Shown: positions 1 through 12,839 of the stretch, piece after piece | Position numbering within the stretch: position 1 is the first letter of the stretch | How the letters are laid out: every line of letters begins with the position of its first letter | NCBI GenBank assembly: GCA_950097015.1 | Contig: CATNEN010000003.1 | Coordinates: forward strand, 3,038,001 to 3,102,000 | Origin: Macrostomum hystrix | Lineage: Eukaryota > Animalia > Platyhelminthes | DNA: 64,000 nt | Direction of reading: 5' to 3' | Notes under the pieces: generated by a model | What the model was told of the DNA's origin: nothing | Database searches by the model: none | Seen by the model: the letters and a program-made list of their open reading frames with translations, nothing else | Position numbers and translations under genes: made by a program

Positions 1-3000
1 CATGCACCAATACTCCAGTAGATTGTTCTGCAACGGATAGCCGGTCATGACAACTCGCCGGCGTGTCTTCAAGTTTTTCAAAGCCTTACTAATACCAGCT
101 GAGGAGTTTTTAATTCGATGACCTTCGTCGCAGATGACAACCTGCGGTCCGGGATCGACTAGGGCGGACCGAACCTCCTCCCACATTGTTAGGGCCTCGT
201 CTTCTTTGTCTACATCGATAACAATGGGATCTGGTGGTGCTGGATCTGGTTTAGACTGCGACTGGGATGCACCAGCGGCACTTTGCAGGCTTGCTGAGCT
301 GGCGGATTTCCGGCTCATTGAGCGGCCGCCGCCGCCGCCGCTGGCGCCGGCTCGATAACGTTTCTGCAGCAACAGGCGAAACATCTCGTAGCCTAATAGC
401 AGCACACCTCCGCCTTCCTGCCATTGCCTGATGACCTTGTGCCTGCGATTGGTTTATGTCATTTGATTCATTTACAGTTAGGACCGGGTTTCCCTCACAA
501 GCTATGGTATCAGGATTCCCCCATTGACCATGCGATCGGCATTCTCTTAAGACCATTGGTTGGGATTCTACTAAGTCTAAGTGATTGGGATTCCTTTAAG
601 ACTAAGTGATTGGGATTCCTTTAAGTCTATGTGATTGGGATTCCTTTAAGACTAAGTGATTGGGATTCCTTTAAGACTATGTGATTGGGATTCCCCATTG
701 ACCATGCGACCGGGATTCCCCTAAGATCACGTGATTGGGATACTCCTAAGACCATGTGATCGGGATTCCCCTAATACTATGCTATTGGGATTTCCCTAAG
801 ACTATGCGATCGGGATTACCCTAATACTGTGCTATTGGGATTTCCCTAAGACCATGCGATCGGGATTCCCCTAAGTCTATGCGAACAGGATTTACCTAAG
901 ACTTTGCGATCGGGATTCCCCTAAGACCATGGGATCCGGTATTCCTCAAAAATCGGGATTCCCATATAAACTATGGTGCTTAAGAAAAATATGGGACAGG
1001 GATTCACCATAGACCATAACAGCGGGACTTTTATTTGAGACTGGGATTTTCTTACATAGCACGGGAATTTTTTTTGCATTTTGAACTTCCTCCTTCAAAT
1101 TTAAGCAAAAAGTAATCGGGATTCATATTTCCGAATCGAAACTTCGATCCTTACAATTATAATACTGGGATTGCAGATCCCGTATAGGGAACATGGGAAT
1201 CAAGAATATCTATAATAAAACAATTAGCACGATTATATCTCTGGGATATTACCTGGCAGTCATAGTCTTGCAAGAGTCGCTAATAACTTGTAGAGGAAAT
1301 TTTCTTCTATCATTCTCATCTGGGCAGGCCGACTCATCGGCTGGTAGCCAATGATTGAATTCGGCCACCCAGTTCTGAATGGTGTTGATTGGCACTATGA
1401 TTAGCACCGATTTCACTCCGACACCATTGAATAGGGCGTGGCAGAAGGCGCACACCTGAAAGGTTTTTAGAGTAGCGTCTTGTATATTAGAAATGCAACT
1501 AAAAGTTTTATTTAACTTGGTGTCTAATAAACGTCTAACATATTTTAATAGCAGGTTTCTAACTGTCAGATTCATTCTAACAGGTTTCTAAAATATTAAC
1601 ACGTGTGAAGGGGCTTTCGGCCTAGTAGTGAGAGCGTCGGACTACGACTTGAAGGTCGGGTGTTCGATTCCCGACTGTACTGGAAAAATTTTTGGAACTT
1701 AACTCTGGATTGCTTCACGGCTGTTAAATAGGTACCAGTAGTAGCTTGGGTTATTTAGGGTGGGTGTGGCATCCCCCAGTCCATGGACTGAGCAGCCGTA
1801 CGCAGCTATCAGATACGCAGCGCAATAGCTGTGGCTGCACATCTGACCAATATGGGGCAGGTGTCTAAGAGATTTTAACAGGTGTCTAACAGATTATAAT
1901 AGGTTTCTAATAAATTAACATGTATCTAACTGATTCTAACTGGAGTCTGCTTGATTCTATTAGGTGTCTAACTGATTCTAACATCTGTCTAACGGATCGT
2001 CATGAGTGTATATCTTATCGATTTGTACAAAATCGTGTCTCAACAAACGATTTCGTTTTGTATTTTTCTCACAGGTTTTAAAACGTGATTAAAGATAATT
2101 CGGCAATTAAATGCAGCAAAAAACTCACCTGCAGAGTCTTGCCCAGACCCATGCTGTGAGCCAGTATGCAACCGAATCCTGGCGTACTATTGAACAATTG
2201 CAAATTCTCCACCACATTGTCGTAGAGAAATCTAACGCCACCAATCTGATGCGGCCGAATCGCTTTGGCTATGCGGCCAGTAAGGTAGATGTCTCGATCG
2301 TCAGCCGGGTGACTAGTGTTAACTAGAACCCTGCCAATATCGTCTGGCACATTGTGCTCATCCTTGGCGTGCTTCTCCTCAACATCCGCCCCGTTGGTGT
2401 CTTTGTTATCGGCCTCGTCGTCATCTTCGTCCACTTTTTTATTGGCATCATTCTCATCGTCGTTATCGTCGTCGCTGTCAATAACAATGGTCTCCTGATG
2501 CTGCTGAGCCGGTGTGACACCCTGACCAGTCAGCAACTGATTCAGGCTGCTGAACTGCGGCACCCGACCCAGTGTGCTGCGATCAATGGAGAAGCTGTTA
2601 AAATTTCTAGCCAGAGGTGGCACGGATGGCACTAGAAATTTAGTCGTTGAACTGCTAGACGATGGCATTGGCGATTCTGGCGAAGTTTTCGATCGTTTCG
2701 CCGGTGGCGGCTCCACAATGCAGCAAGCGTCGTCGTCGTCATCGTCGTCATCATCGTCATCGTCTTGGTGTGCAGTATCCCGATTGGCGGTAAGTTTCTT
2801 ATCACCTTTTTTCTTTTCAGTTTTGATCGATTTAAAATCGGTACTGTCATCTTCGCTGTCGCTTTTTAGAAGTGCTTCCAAAGTCGAAGTTCTACCGGCT
2901 GCGGCCGCTGCCAGCTGCTGCTGCTGCTGCTGTTTCTCCTGCACACGCTTTCTTCGCTCCAATTCGGCCCGCTGAGCGGCCAGAGTTTCTTCGTCAATTT

Positions 3001-6000
3001 TCGATTCTCGAATTCGGCGAATGTTGCGACGCTCGAAAAAATTCTTAGAACGTTTGCCGCCTTCGCTAGTAGACGCCTTGTCTTTTGCTGCTTGATGGCG
3101 CCTGTTCCTGGTAGATTACATTGTGTGAGTAGTTTGGGGAATGTGTAGTTTGGAGAATGTGTAGTTTGGAAGATGTGTAGTTTGGAGAATGTGTAGTTTG
3201 GAAGATGTGTAGTTTGGAGAATGTGTAGTTTGGAGGATGTGTAGTTTGGAGGATGTGTAGTTTTGGAATTGTGTAGTTCGGAGAATGTGTAGTTTGGAGA
3301 ATGTGTAGTTTTGGAATTGTGTAGTTCGGAGAATGTGTAGTTTGGAGAATGTGTAGTTTGGAGAATGTGTAGTTTGGGGAATGTGTAGTTTGGGGAATGT
3401 GTAGTTTGGAGAATGTGTAGTTTGGAGAATGTGTAGTTTGGAGAATGTGTAGTTTGGAGAATGTGTAGTTTGGAGAATGTGTAGTTTGGAGGATGTGTAG
3501 TTTTGGAATTGTGTAGTTCGGAGAATGTGTAGTTTGGAGAATGTGTAGTTTTGGAATTGTGTAGTTCGGAGAATGTGTAGTTTGGAGAATGTGTAGTTTG
3601 GAGAATGTGTAGTTTGGGGAATGTGTAGTTTGGGGAATGTGTAGTTTGGAGAATGTGTAGTTTGGGGAATGTGTAGTTTGGGGAATGTGTAGTTTGGAGA
3701 ATGTGTATTTTGGGGAATGTGTAGTTTGGAGAATGTGTAGTTTGAAGAATGTGTAGTTTGGAGGATGTGTAGTTTGGAATTGTGTAGTTTGGAGAATGTG
3801 TAGTTTGGAGAATGTGTAGTTTGGAGAATGTGTAGTTTGGAGAATGTGTAGTTTGGAGAATGTGTAGTTTGGAGAATGTGTAGTTTGGAGAATGTGTAGT
3901 TTGGAGAATGTGTAGTTTGGAGAATGTGTAGTTTGGAGGATGTGTAGTTTTGGAATTGTGTAGTTCGGAGAATGTGTAGTTTGGAGAATGTGTAGTTTTG
4001 GAATTGTGTAGTTCGGAGAATGTGTAGTTTGGAGAATGTGTAGTTTGGAGAATGTGTAGTTTGGGGAATGTGTAGTTTGGGGAATGTGTAGTTTGGAGAA
4101 TGTGTATTTTGGGGAATGTGTAGTTTGGAGAATGTGTAGTTTGAAGAATGTGTAGTTTGGAGGATGTGTAGTTTGGAATTGTGTAGTTTGGAGAATGTGT
4201 AGTTTGGAGAATGTGTAGTTTGGAGAATGTGTAGTTTGGAGAATGTGTAGTTTGGAGAATGTGTTGTTTGGGGAATGTGTAGTTTGGAGAATGTGTAGTT
4301 TGGGGAATGTGTAGTTTGGAGAATGTGTAGTTTGGGGAATGTGTAGTTTGGAGAATGTGTAGTTTGGAGAATGTGTAGTTTGGAGGATGTGTAGTTTGGA
4401 GAATGTGTAGTTTGGAGAATGTGTAGTTTGGAGAATGTGTAGTTTGGAGAATGTGTAGTTTGGGAATGTGTAGTTTGGAGAATGTGTAGTTTGGGGAATG
4501 TGTAGTTTGGAGAATGTGTAGTTTGGAGAATGTGTAGTTTGGAGAATGTGTAGTTTGGGGAATGTGTAGTTTGGAGAATGTGTAGTTTGGGGAATGTGTA
4601 GTTTGGGGAATGTGTAGTTTGGAGAATGTGTTGTTTGGGGAATGTGTAGTTTGGGAATGTGTAGTTTGGAGAATGTGTAGTTTGGAGAATGTGTAGTTTG
4701 GAGAATGTGTAGTTTGGAGAATGTGTAGTTTGGGGAATGTGTAGTTTGGAGAATTTTTAGTTTGGGGAATGTGTAGTTTGGAGAATGTGTAGTTTGGAGA
4801 ATGTGTTGTTTGGGGAATGTGTAGTTTGGAGAATGTGTTGTTTGGGGAATGTGTAGTTTGGGGAATGTGTAGCTTGGAGAATGTGTAGTTTTGGGAATGT
4901 ACAGCTTAGGGAATGTACAGCTTAGGGAATTTGCAGTTTATAGTATGTGCAGTTAAGGGAATGTGAGTTTTTGGGGAATGTGTAGTTTATAGAATGTACA
5001 TTTTAGGAATTGTGTAATTTATTGGAATTGGAACTTAAAAGAATGCGTAGTTTAAGGAATGTTTAGTTCAGGGAATTTACAACGCCATCACAGTGTCAAA
5101 GAAACGTAAATAATTCTAAGAAAACTCCTGCACGTGGGCATTTGAATAATATAATACATACCTGGCCTCCTTGGCCGCAGCCTTAATTAATTCATTTTGA
5201 TCTACTCCCGGAGGTAAAATATCTTTCGAAGACGATCCTAGACCCATGTCAGACGCCTCTTCTGCATAATCATCTTCATCATCATCTTCGTCGTCGTAGT
5301 CATCGGCATCCTCTAGATCGGCATCTTCGGCGATAAAATCTTCGTTGAAAGCTTCAACTTCTTCGCCTTGATTGAAGTCGGCAACATTCGCTTCAATGCC
5401 GGCTTCATCGAATAGGAAGTCGGTTGGGTCACATTCGTCAGTGACGAGACAGTCGACGGTCATGGAGGCGGCGTTAGGATCATCGCCATTTGATGCGGAT
5501 GTTGCTGCAGCTAAATTGGAATTTGTAATCATTGACTATGCAGAATTCAATTAGGTATGGGATTTCTGTTTTCGATTATCTTCAAATGAATCCTATGAAT
5601 AATTGGAAGACAGAAATGAGATTTAATACACAATAATATCTGGGATTCTATGGATAATGGGAACTGGCATCTAATGGATTAGGGGAACTGGGATTCTATG
5701 GAGTATGGAACAGATTCTATGAATGGGAACTGGGATTTTATTGATTATGGGAACTAGGATTTTATGGGTTATGGGAAATGGGATTCTATGGATAATAGAA
5801 GCTGGTAATAAGATTCTGATTTGTGAAAGATAATTATATGATAGGGTGAAAAAGAAAATGCATAGAGTGATTAAATCACAAATAGTTTTATTCTAAGAAA
5901 CTTACTTTCAGTATTTTGGTGACCAAAGTGAGCAGCAGAATGTTCTGTCACAGAATACATGGCAATTGATGGACTATTTAACTCTTTGTGTTCCAGCAAA

Positions 6001-6170
6001 GAGTTGCCACCATTCTGAAGATTGACACCAATTGAAGTTAATTCATCATGTGGCAGTTGACATTGATCTTGCTGGCTATTTTCATCTGTCTGTGGTCCTG
6101 CTGGTCCATCATTAAAAGCTTTGGCAAAAGTGTATGCCTGTTGAGAATTGTGCAAAATACCCTCACTCAT
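1..6170 (-). CDS. RAD54L2: SNF2/ATRX-family helicase ARIP4 (RAD54-like 2), 5' part; exons 6170-5906, 5510-5162, 3107-2129, 1455-1253, 442-<1
   Basis: Manual splicing at GT-AG sites keeps frame. Motifs: VLVNTSHP..DIYL..RIAKAIRPHQIGGVRFLYDNVVE, GFGCILAHSMGLGKTLQ (Walker A), VLIIVPINTIQNWVAEFNHWLP, PGPQVVICDEGHRIKN (Walker B), RRRVVMTGYPLQNNLLEYWCM, plus the N-terminal ETLAAQRAELERRKR typical of ARIP4. First exon and start ATG (6170) are less certain. Confidence 0.88.
545..965. repeat. Degenerate ~25-bp minisatellite (TAAGACTATGCGATCGGGATTCCCC-like) in ARIP4 intron
   Basis: Visible tandem units; a related GGGATTC-type repeat also occurs at ~5640-5800. Confidence 0.85.
1610..1860 (+). mobile_element. 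tRNA-derived SINE (intronic)
   Basis: tRNA-like head GGGCTTTCGGCCTAGTAGTGAGAGCGTCGGACTACGACTTGAAGGTCGGGTGTTCGATTCCC with B-box GTTCGATTC, no matching acceptor stem, then a body with GCTGTTAAATAGGTACC reminiscent of the MetaSINE-type central motif. A head fragment recurs at ~23585-23615. Confidence 0.7.
3126..5070. repeat. 16-bp tandem array (TTTGGAGAATGTGTAG)n, ~1.9 kb, filling an ARIP4 intron
   Basis: Directly visible periodicity; decays at the right end. Confidence 0.97.
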
Positions 6171-6756
6171 GCTTATAAAAGATTGCTGCTGCCAGTTTAA
6201 AGCATTCTTTGTGACTGACAGCAAGCATATAGACAATATGGATGATAAGTATCAATCTGAAAGTTACAAGACATTTATTAATGAGATTTATGCATACATT
6301 GTGAGTTTAATACATACATAAACAAATATAAGAAAATGAATCATCAATCAAAATAATTTATCAAGTGTTGATTATCAACTAAAAAACCCTTTGCCTATTT
6401 TTTAATTGTCAAAAAGCTCAAAGACACAAAAAGTCAAGACCCAGATGAGCCTTTTATCTCAACTACCTAAAACAAACAATAATAAGAAAAAATTACTGCT
6501 TATATTCAACTTCCAACTTAAATATACATTTTTGAAGTTTATACAATATCTGTCACTTAAAAATAATTAAGTAACTTGGCAGTTAAGGTATTATTTAATC
6601 TAATTGATCAATTTAGCAGACTTAATATGCAGGGCCTGCCAGAGATGATTAATTTAGGCACAGAGAGGCTGAAACCTTAAGTGTATAAGTACATACTTAA
6701 AAAATTAAACAGCTAAAAAATATTAAAAAATGGTAAATAAGAATAAAAGAACATTA

Positions 6757-7399
6757 GGGTAATGTATCATCAACCGAACAGTGTATCTTCAAAACCGAAC
6801 AAGAATTTTGACTCCTTCCTTGGTCTCCTGCAAGACAGAAACAAGCTATTGTGTTTCACAGAACAACTAATTTGAAAGTTGAAGAAATTATCTACAAGCT
6901 GAGGCATGATGTGCAATGAAGCATTAAGAGGAAAGAAAGATATAGATGTTTCAGTAGAATTTTTTATTGCAAAAGCATACTTTTTAACAACATTTTTTCA
7001 GTATGTACTTTAGACAAAGATTGTATGTGGTTGCTTGCCAATTAAATGACCATAAATGTAGTTATTTATAAAACATGAAAAATGCTTTCAAATGATATAA
7101 TTCATGACAGTTCACTCCTTAAAATAAGATTAAACCAGTCACTCAAATTATAAAACCAAACATCAAATTCTCTGTTTGGTTTGAAGATACATGAAAATCA
7201 TTGTTCGGTTTTAGATAAAAAGCAGGAATAAATTTTTTTCTATTTGACAAAATAGCAAAAGCAGATACTTTTTAGAAAGATGTAACTGTTTTCTATAACT
7301 TGGCTTTTGGTTTATCATCATATCTTAAATAGAAAATCTGTAGCTTAAGTTTGAAGTTAAAAAAATACACATTCTTGTTTGGTTGATGATACATTACCC
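6757..7399. mobile_element. Non-autonomous TIR element (MITE), ~640 bp
   Basis: TIRs GGGTAATGTATCATCAACCGAACA / TGTTTGGTTGATGATACATTACCC, flanked by TA on both sides; internal sub-terminal AACCGAAC/GTTCGGTT repeats. Confidence 0.8.
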
Positions 7400-8837
7400 T
7401 AGCAGTATCAGGGGACAGGGGTATCATTGATATGCCTATAATATGCATGCCTTTAATACTATAACTTGGGTCATATTGAACAAAATGCTTGATATTTTAA
7501 TGAATTAAGTCAATTTGCATAAATCACTTTTAATGTTAGACAAAATGGATTGTATGCACTTTGGTACTAAGCCATTTTGGTACTCAGGCATTCAGGTATG
7601 AATCAATGCTTTTTGACATAGCTAAAGTACTTAGGATTGGGAATACTTTGTGGTACCTAAAGCTTTTTTCAATGCAATTTGTCCTATTGCAATATTTTCC
7701 TATTTTTTGTTATTTACGAATTTAATCAGTTTGAAAAATCATTACACAAAACTAAATAAAACATTGCCAAAATTTCATATTGACCACCATGGTACTAAAA
7801 AACACTGACCAGTATACAAAAAAGCCTAGTACTAAAATACATGGCCCCCAAACAAAATTAGACACTAAAAATTAAGTAAACAGTGAAAATATGTAATTGG
7901 GCCTATTTTAAGAAGGTAAGTCTGCATCTGCTGATCTGCATATTATAAAAATGATTTACTATTATATTTGTATGATAGGGCCTATTAAGTGTATAAAATT
8001 TAAACATTTTATTATAGTTTTATAGGCCTAGGCCCTACTACTATTACAATAAAGACCTTAAACATGTCATACGTTCCAACACTTTAAATTTACAGGCGAT
8101 TCCAAATTCTTTTTGTATTACAGTGTGCCTTGTTGAACACTAAAATGGCTGTCTATCACTATCAGCTGCCGCTTAGCCTTGGCTTATAAACTAAGGAACA
8201 AAACTAATGAAATAAACTATCGCTAAAATCAACAAAAGCTTGATTTCAATTTTAATCATGAGTTAGGCCTAGGCCTACTGTAGGCCGCCTACATCGATAT
8301 GCAAAAAATTCAAATGGTTAAATATCTAGAAAGATTGGACTGACTTTGCTTTACACATAAGGTGTTAAGTTAGAGTGACTTAACATCTTGACATTGGGAT
8401 TGTTGAGTTGCCAAAACATTAAAGGCACTTGTTAATTTTTGTTGCAAAACCGATGAAGACAATTGTTACAACGCAACATTACGGGAACTTTTTTTAGAAA
8501 TCAAAATTTATCTATATTACAAGTTATGTGACATAACAAATGCCTCGTACGAAGGGTAAACCTACAGTATAATACAAGGCATACAGACGAAGCAAGAATA
8601 AATTCAACTTTTATTGCTAGGCCTAATTATTAACTTTTAAAGAGATCGCACAGAAAGAAAAAATATCGCGTGAATTATCTTTCCTAGGCTAGTGCAATTT
8701 AAATTTAAAAGCCATATGAAATTATGTTCCAACCATAGTGGTCCCTATATGTAAGCAAAATCATAAAAGCGAGCATTTAAAGATAAAACCTCACATTTAA
8801 AACACTTCAATTCTTATTATCGAAAAATTCATTAAAG

Positions 8838-9173
8838 CAAGGACCACTAGGAGTAGAAAGTAGGATCGAGTAAGTCTACTCCAAGTGGTCCTAGCTGCGG
8901 AGCTTAACATCCAGGACAACGCACTAATAAAGGAACATTTGGAGTAGACCGAGGAGTGGACCACTACTCCTAGTTGTCCTTGCGTACTAAAATACTAAAA
9001 TACTGATCACATAGCTAAAAATGCAGGCTCTAAAGACATATGAAAGTCACTTTGTAAATTTAAGTAGTCTATACAGCAAGGACCAAAGGACAAGGACCAA
9101 AGGCAATTAAGTATAACCAAAGGACCACTAGGAGTAGACTAGGAGTAGACTTCTCTTCTCCTACTGGTCCTTG
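8838..9173. repeat. Cluster of short direct and inverted repeats (CAAGGACCACTAGGAGTAG), probable mini-MITEs
   Basis: Motif at 8838 and 9118 with reverse-complement partners at ~8877, ~8965 and ~9160. Confidence 0.55.
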
Positions 9174-10213
9174 AGCAATCATTAGTACTGCTTTTTAGTG
9201 GTCTACATGTAGTACGGATACAGCATACTAAACTTGCTATAGTCAGTAAACATTTAACTGAAAAAAATTTCCATGCATTTTATTGGAAAGTGACATTTAA
9301 ATGAGTAAAAATCTGGGGTTTAAATTAAATATTTATTCTGGGGATCTTTAATATTAAATTTATTTTTAATTACCAATTAGTATCCCTATAGTGAAGTTGG
9401 TTTCATAATAGAGTCGTTTTGGACAGGGCTTGTGTAATAAAACCTGAAATATCGGCAGGTAGAAATTTTTACTCAAAGCTGAAAATTTGGTAAAAATATA
9501 TTATTTATTGATTTTCTTTGTATGCGCATAATAATTTGTTAAAAATGGAAAGCGCACGTTGTGTAAACCAGTTGCAATTTAGAGTCGCTGATTGCGCAAG
9601 TTTGTTGAATTTTCGTTTTTATATAAAATATCGATTGCCGTCGTCATTGACACGGCTTTTGTTAGTTAACCTTGTACTTCAGAATAATTTTAATGACTGA
9701 CCAGCTGTTAATATGACACTTTTTCTCTTGCAAGATTTCCGAATTTACGGCCTATTTTCTTAGAAATTAATCTAATTGCTCTTTAATACTTTGTTGCTTG
9801 TGTACTAGATTAGCAGAGGCCTATGCCCCATGCAATTATTTAACTATAAGGTTTGATTCACTGACGCATTAGGCCCCTATGCCAGATATTTATTTCCGTA
9901 TGGATATTTTATTGTAATTTTTTATATTATATCAGGTCATACATGTGCAACCTCCCAAATCTTAGCGGGCCCTGCGACTTAGTTTTTGCTCTATTTATGA
10001 TTTAGTTTGCTCTCATTTGCGACTTAGTTCGTTTCATTGCTCTACTTACGACTTAGTTTGCTCTCATTTGCTCTCTTTTTTCTCTCCCCTTTTTCCTTTT
10101 CTTCACGCCTTCCTTTTTTGTCCCTTGGTCCCCCTTTGATTTTTTTTGCGCTTGGTTGTTTGATTTTTGCAACTTACCTTGCTTGGCCCTCGTTTCACCC
10201 GGCCAGTTCAGCC

Positions 10214-11173
10214 TAGGGGTCCCAATCCCGGGATCCCGGCTTTTTGTTAGTGTTCGAGTTCCCGGGATTAGGGGTCCGGGATCCCGGTAAACACGGGATT
10301 GGAATTCACATGGCGATGGCCGATGGCCTAGATGGACACTGGGGTGACTGGGCCCACTGGCCAGGGCCACGCCGAACGCCCGCAACTAAGGAAAAGAAAT
10401 GAGGCAGAAAAAGGGGGTGGGGTGGGGTGGGGACTGGGTTCTGCTGAGTCTGCGCCTCTGTGTGCGTGAGGTTGTCTGTGTTGGGGGCAGAGGCACCAAC
10501 GCAGTGTATGCAGTTCTAATTTCTAACTTTCTTATCCAAGGGGTGAGGAGGGTGTTGTTTAGTATGTATGTACAACTGTACATGGATAGTGAACACTGAA
10601 CACTGCTGAACATCGCACAAGGATTAGAAAGCCAAGACTCATGAGTCATGACCTTGGGGTGGGTTATCCCTATAAAATTTAACTTGTATAGAAATGATAA
10701 ACAACTGGAAGAAAATTGGCAGTGGCAACACAAGCAATACATTTTTTTGAATCAACGATACGATAAAAAAGAGCCCACTTTGCTGACCACAAAAAGTAGC
10801 TTGCATGCTGACTGCTATAGTGTCAAATCAAATGTCAATTCTATGTACTTGGAAATGGAAATATGGATGGAAATATATTGCATCGAATCCATCGATGGAA
10901 GGAAGGAATGTGACAATTGTGACAACAAGAAATAAGTGACCAAGGATAAGTGATATGAACTATCTTTAACTCTTTTATCAATGCAGTGTAAGCTGGAAAG
11001 TAGAAAGAAACCCAAATGATGCTCAATTGGTTGAGAAATTTGTTTTTTTGGACAATGGAAAGCTTCCGGTAAATTTGTTTGTTCAATCCCGGGATTGGCC
11101 CGGGATCCCGGGATTGGGTCATTTTTTTGTCCGGGATCCGGGATTGTAAAATGTCCGGGATTTGGGACCCCTA
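10214..11173. mobile_element. hAT-type non-autonomous element, 960 bp
   Basis: TIRs TAGGGGTCCCAATCCC / GGGATTTGGGACCCCTA; perfect 8-bp TSD GTTCAGCC (10206-10213, 11174-11181); sub-terminal CCCGGGATCCCGG repeats at both ends. Confidence 0.9.
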
Positions 11174-12839
11174 GTTCAGCCAGGTCGGCCGGGTGTTTCA
11201 CATGTATGATATCAGCTTCAAATTTGCGCCTTGTTAAACTAATTATAGAGTTCTTGATTCATGAATTCATGAACACTTAGGTAACACAGACAATTTGGAA
11301 TCAAATGTTCTTATCCGATTCTGATCTGAACAAGGTAGATAGATATTTTATTGCTATTTAGATATTTATTTTTTATTAGATATTTATATTAAGACCACTT
11401 TCAGATTTTTATATACTTTTCCATGGCATTGTTTTTTTAAACTTTAAAAACATTTCTGGCCTTACACAGGCTGATTGATAGTCATAGTTTTGCTTATCAG
11501 CTTTTTGGACACAGCATCTGATTCTATATTTATAATGCTGGATCTTATAAGCATAGCAGCTCTTTAGACAAGCCACAACCCTGTTTTAGAGACAAATATC
11601 TGTTTTTAATATTGAGTAATAATGATTGCTGTAATATAGGCCTACTTTTTATAGGGTGAGAAATTATAGTTTTTCTACTAAACAATGTTAGTGTTCATTT
11701 CAATTCATTTGCATGCGTTGGGTATATGCAAGAAAGAAAGTTGACTTTTATTTTTGCAGATCAAGCTTTGTTTTCTTTCTTATATTGCTTGCCACTCTTA
11801 TGTATCCCTAAAAATATAGATTGTATTTACACAAAAATATTTTTTATGCATACTTTTCACTTTAAAAGACATATACAGTATGCTTAATTGAACAATATCA
11901 AAGGCACCAAAAGTTGTAATACTTTATAACAAATTATTTAGTTTTAGTGTTTAGCAAAAAATTAACAAGTTAGTTTGTCACTTTTGCTATCAGAAAATGC
12001 CATATTCCAGATCAAGAAGGCATAGTTAAGGTTGGAATTTTTCACCATGAAATTTAGAAGCCAAAGTGAGAGCATAGTTGGCATAAGATATCAACAGAAA
12101 AACTAGTGTATAATCTAGCATAAATTTAATGTTGCAAGTTAGCATAGGGTAAGAGAGAAGTCATTTATCAGCACAACTTTAGTTGGAACTTGTGCAGTGT
12201 TGTTATACAATAAAGTAAATTCACAAACTTAATGATGATGTAAAATTTTGAATTTTTAACAAATTTATTTACACATATATATTATTTATTTCATATATAT
12301 TTGCTTTTTGTTACTGTTAATAAATGTTTTGACCATAGAAGCATTGCGCAATTAAATTTTTTTTAGTAGAAAACATCACTTTAAATCACTTTTTGACACA
12401 CTTTGAAAAAATATTGAAGCACTTTTTTATTCTAGGCATCCTTTTTGAAAGGCATAATTTGTTGTAAAATTAAGAAGGCATTTCATTTTTTCTGGCATGG
12501 GGTCAAAATTATCAAGACTTAGAGAAAATGTAATACAAAGTTATTTCAAGAATTTTGCTATAACACAATATTTACAGTTTCAGGTTTTATATTATTATTG
12601 CTACTTTTCAGCATGATTTGAAACTGTTAGGTCCTAATTATGTCCTATGTCTTCATTTTATATATATTCTATTTTTAATATATATTATGCATATCAAAGT
12701 ACAGTGTATATATATACTTACTGGTATATTAAATGTTAAGTTAATATAAAAATCACATTGTTTAAGTCTATAAAAGTAAGCATTACATCTAAGCATCTGT
12801 CATTATTCTTTTAAGCAAAAAGTTAAAACTAGCTGGAAA

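Noticed and set aside
1610-1685. Possible tRNA gene (also 16630-16702, ~23505-23615 and ~43395-43465)
   Set aside because: A/B boxes are present but acceptor and anticodon stems do not pair; better explained as SINE heads or their fragments.
8020-8630. Recurrent TAGGCCTA palindromes
   Set aside because: Short, scattered and without consistent spacing or flanks; no function can be supported.
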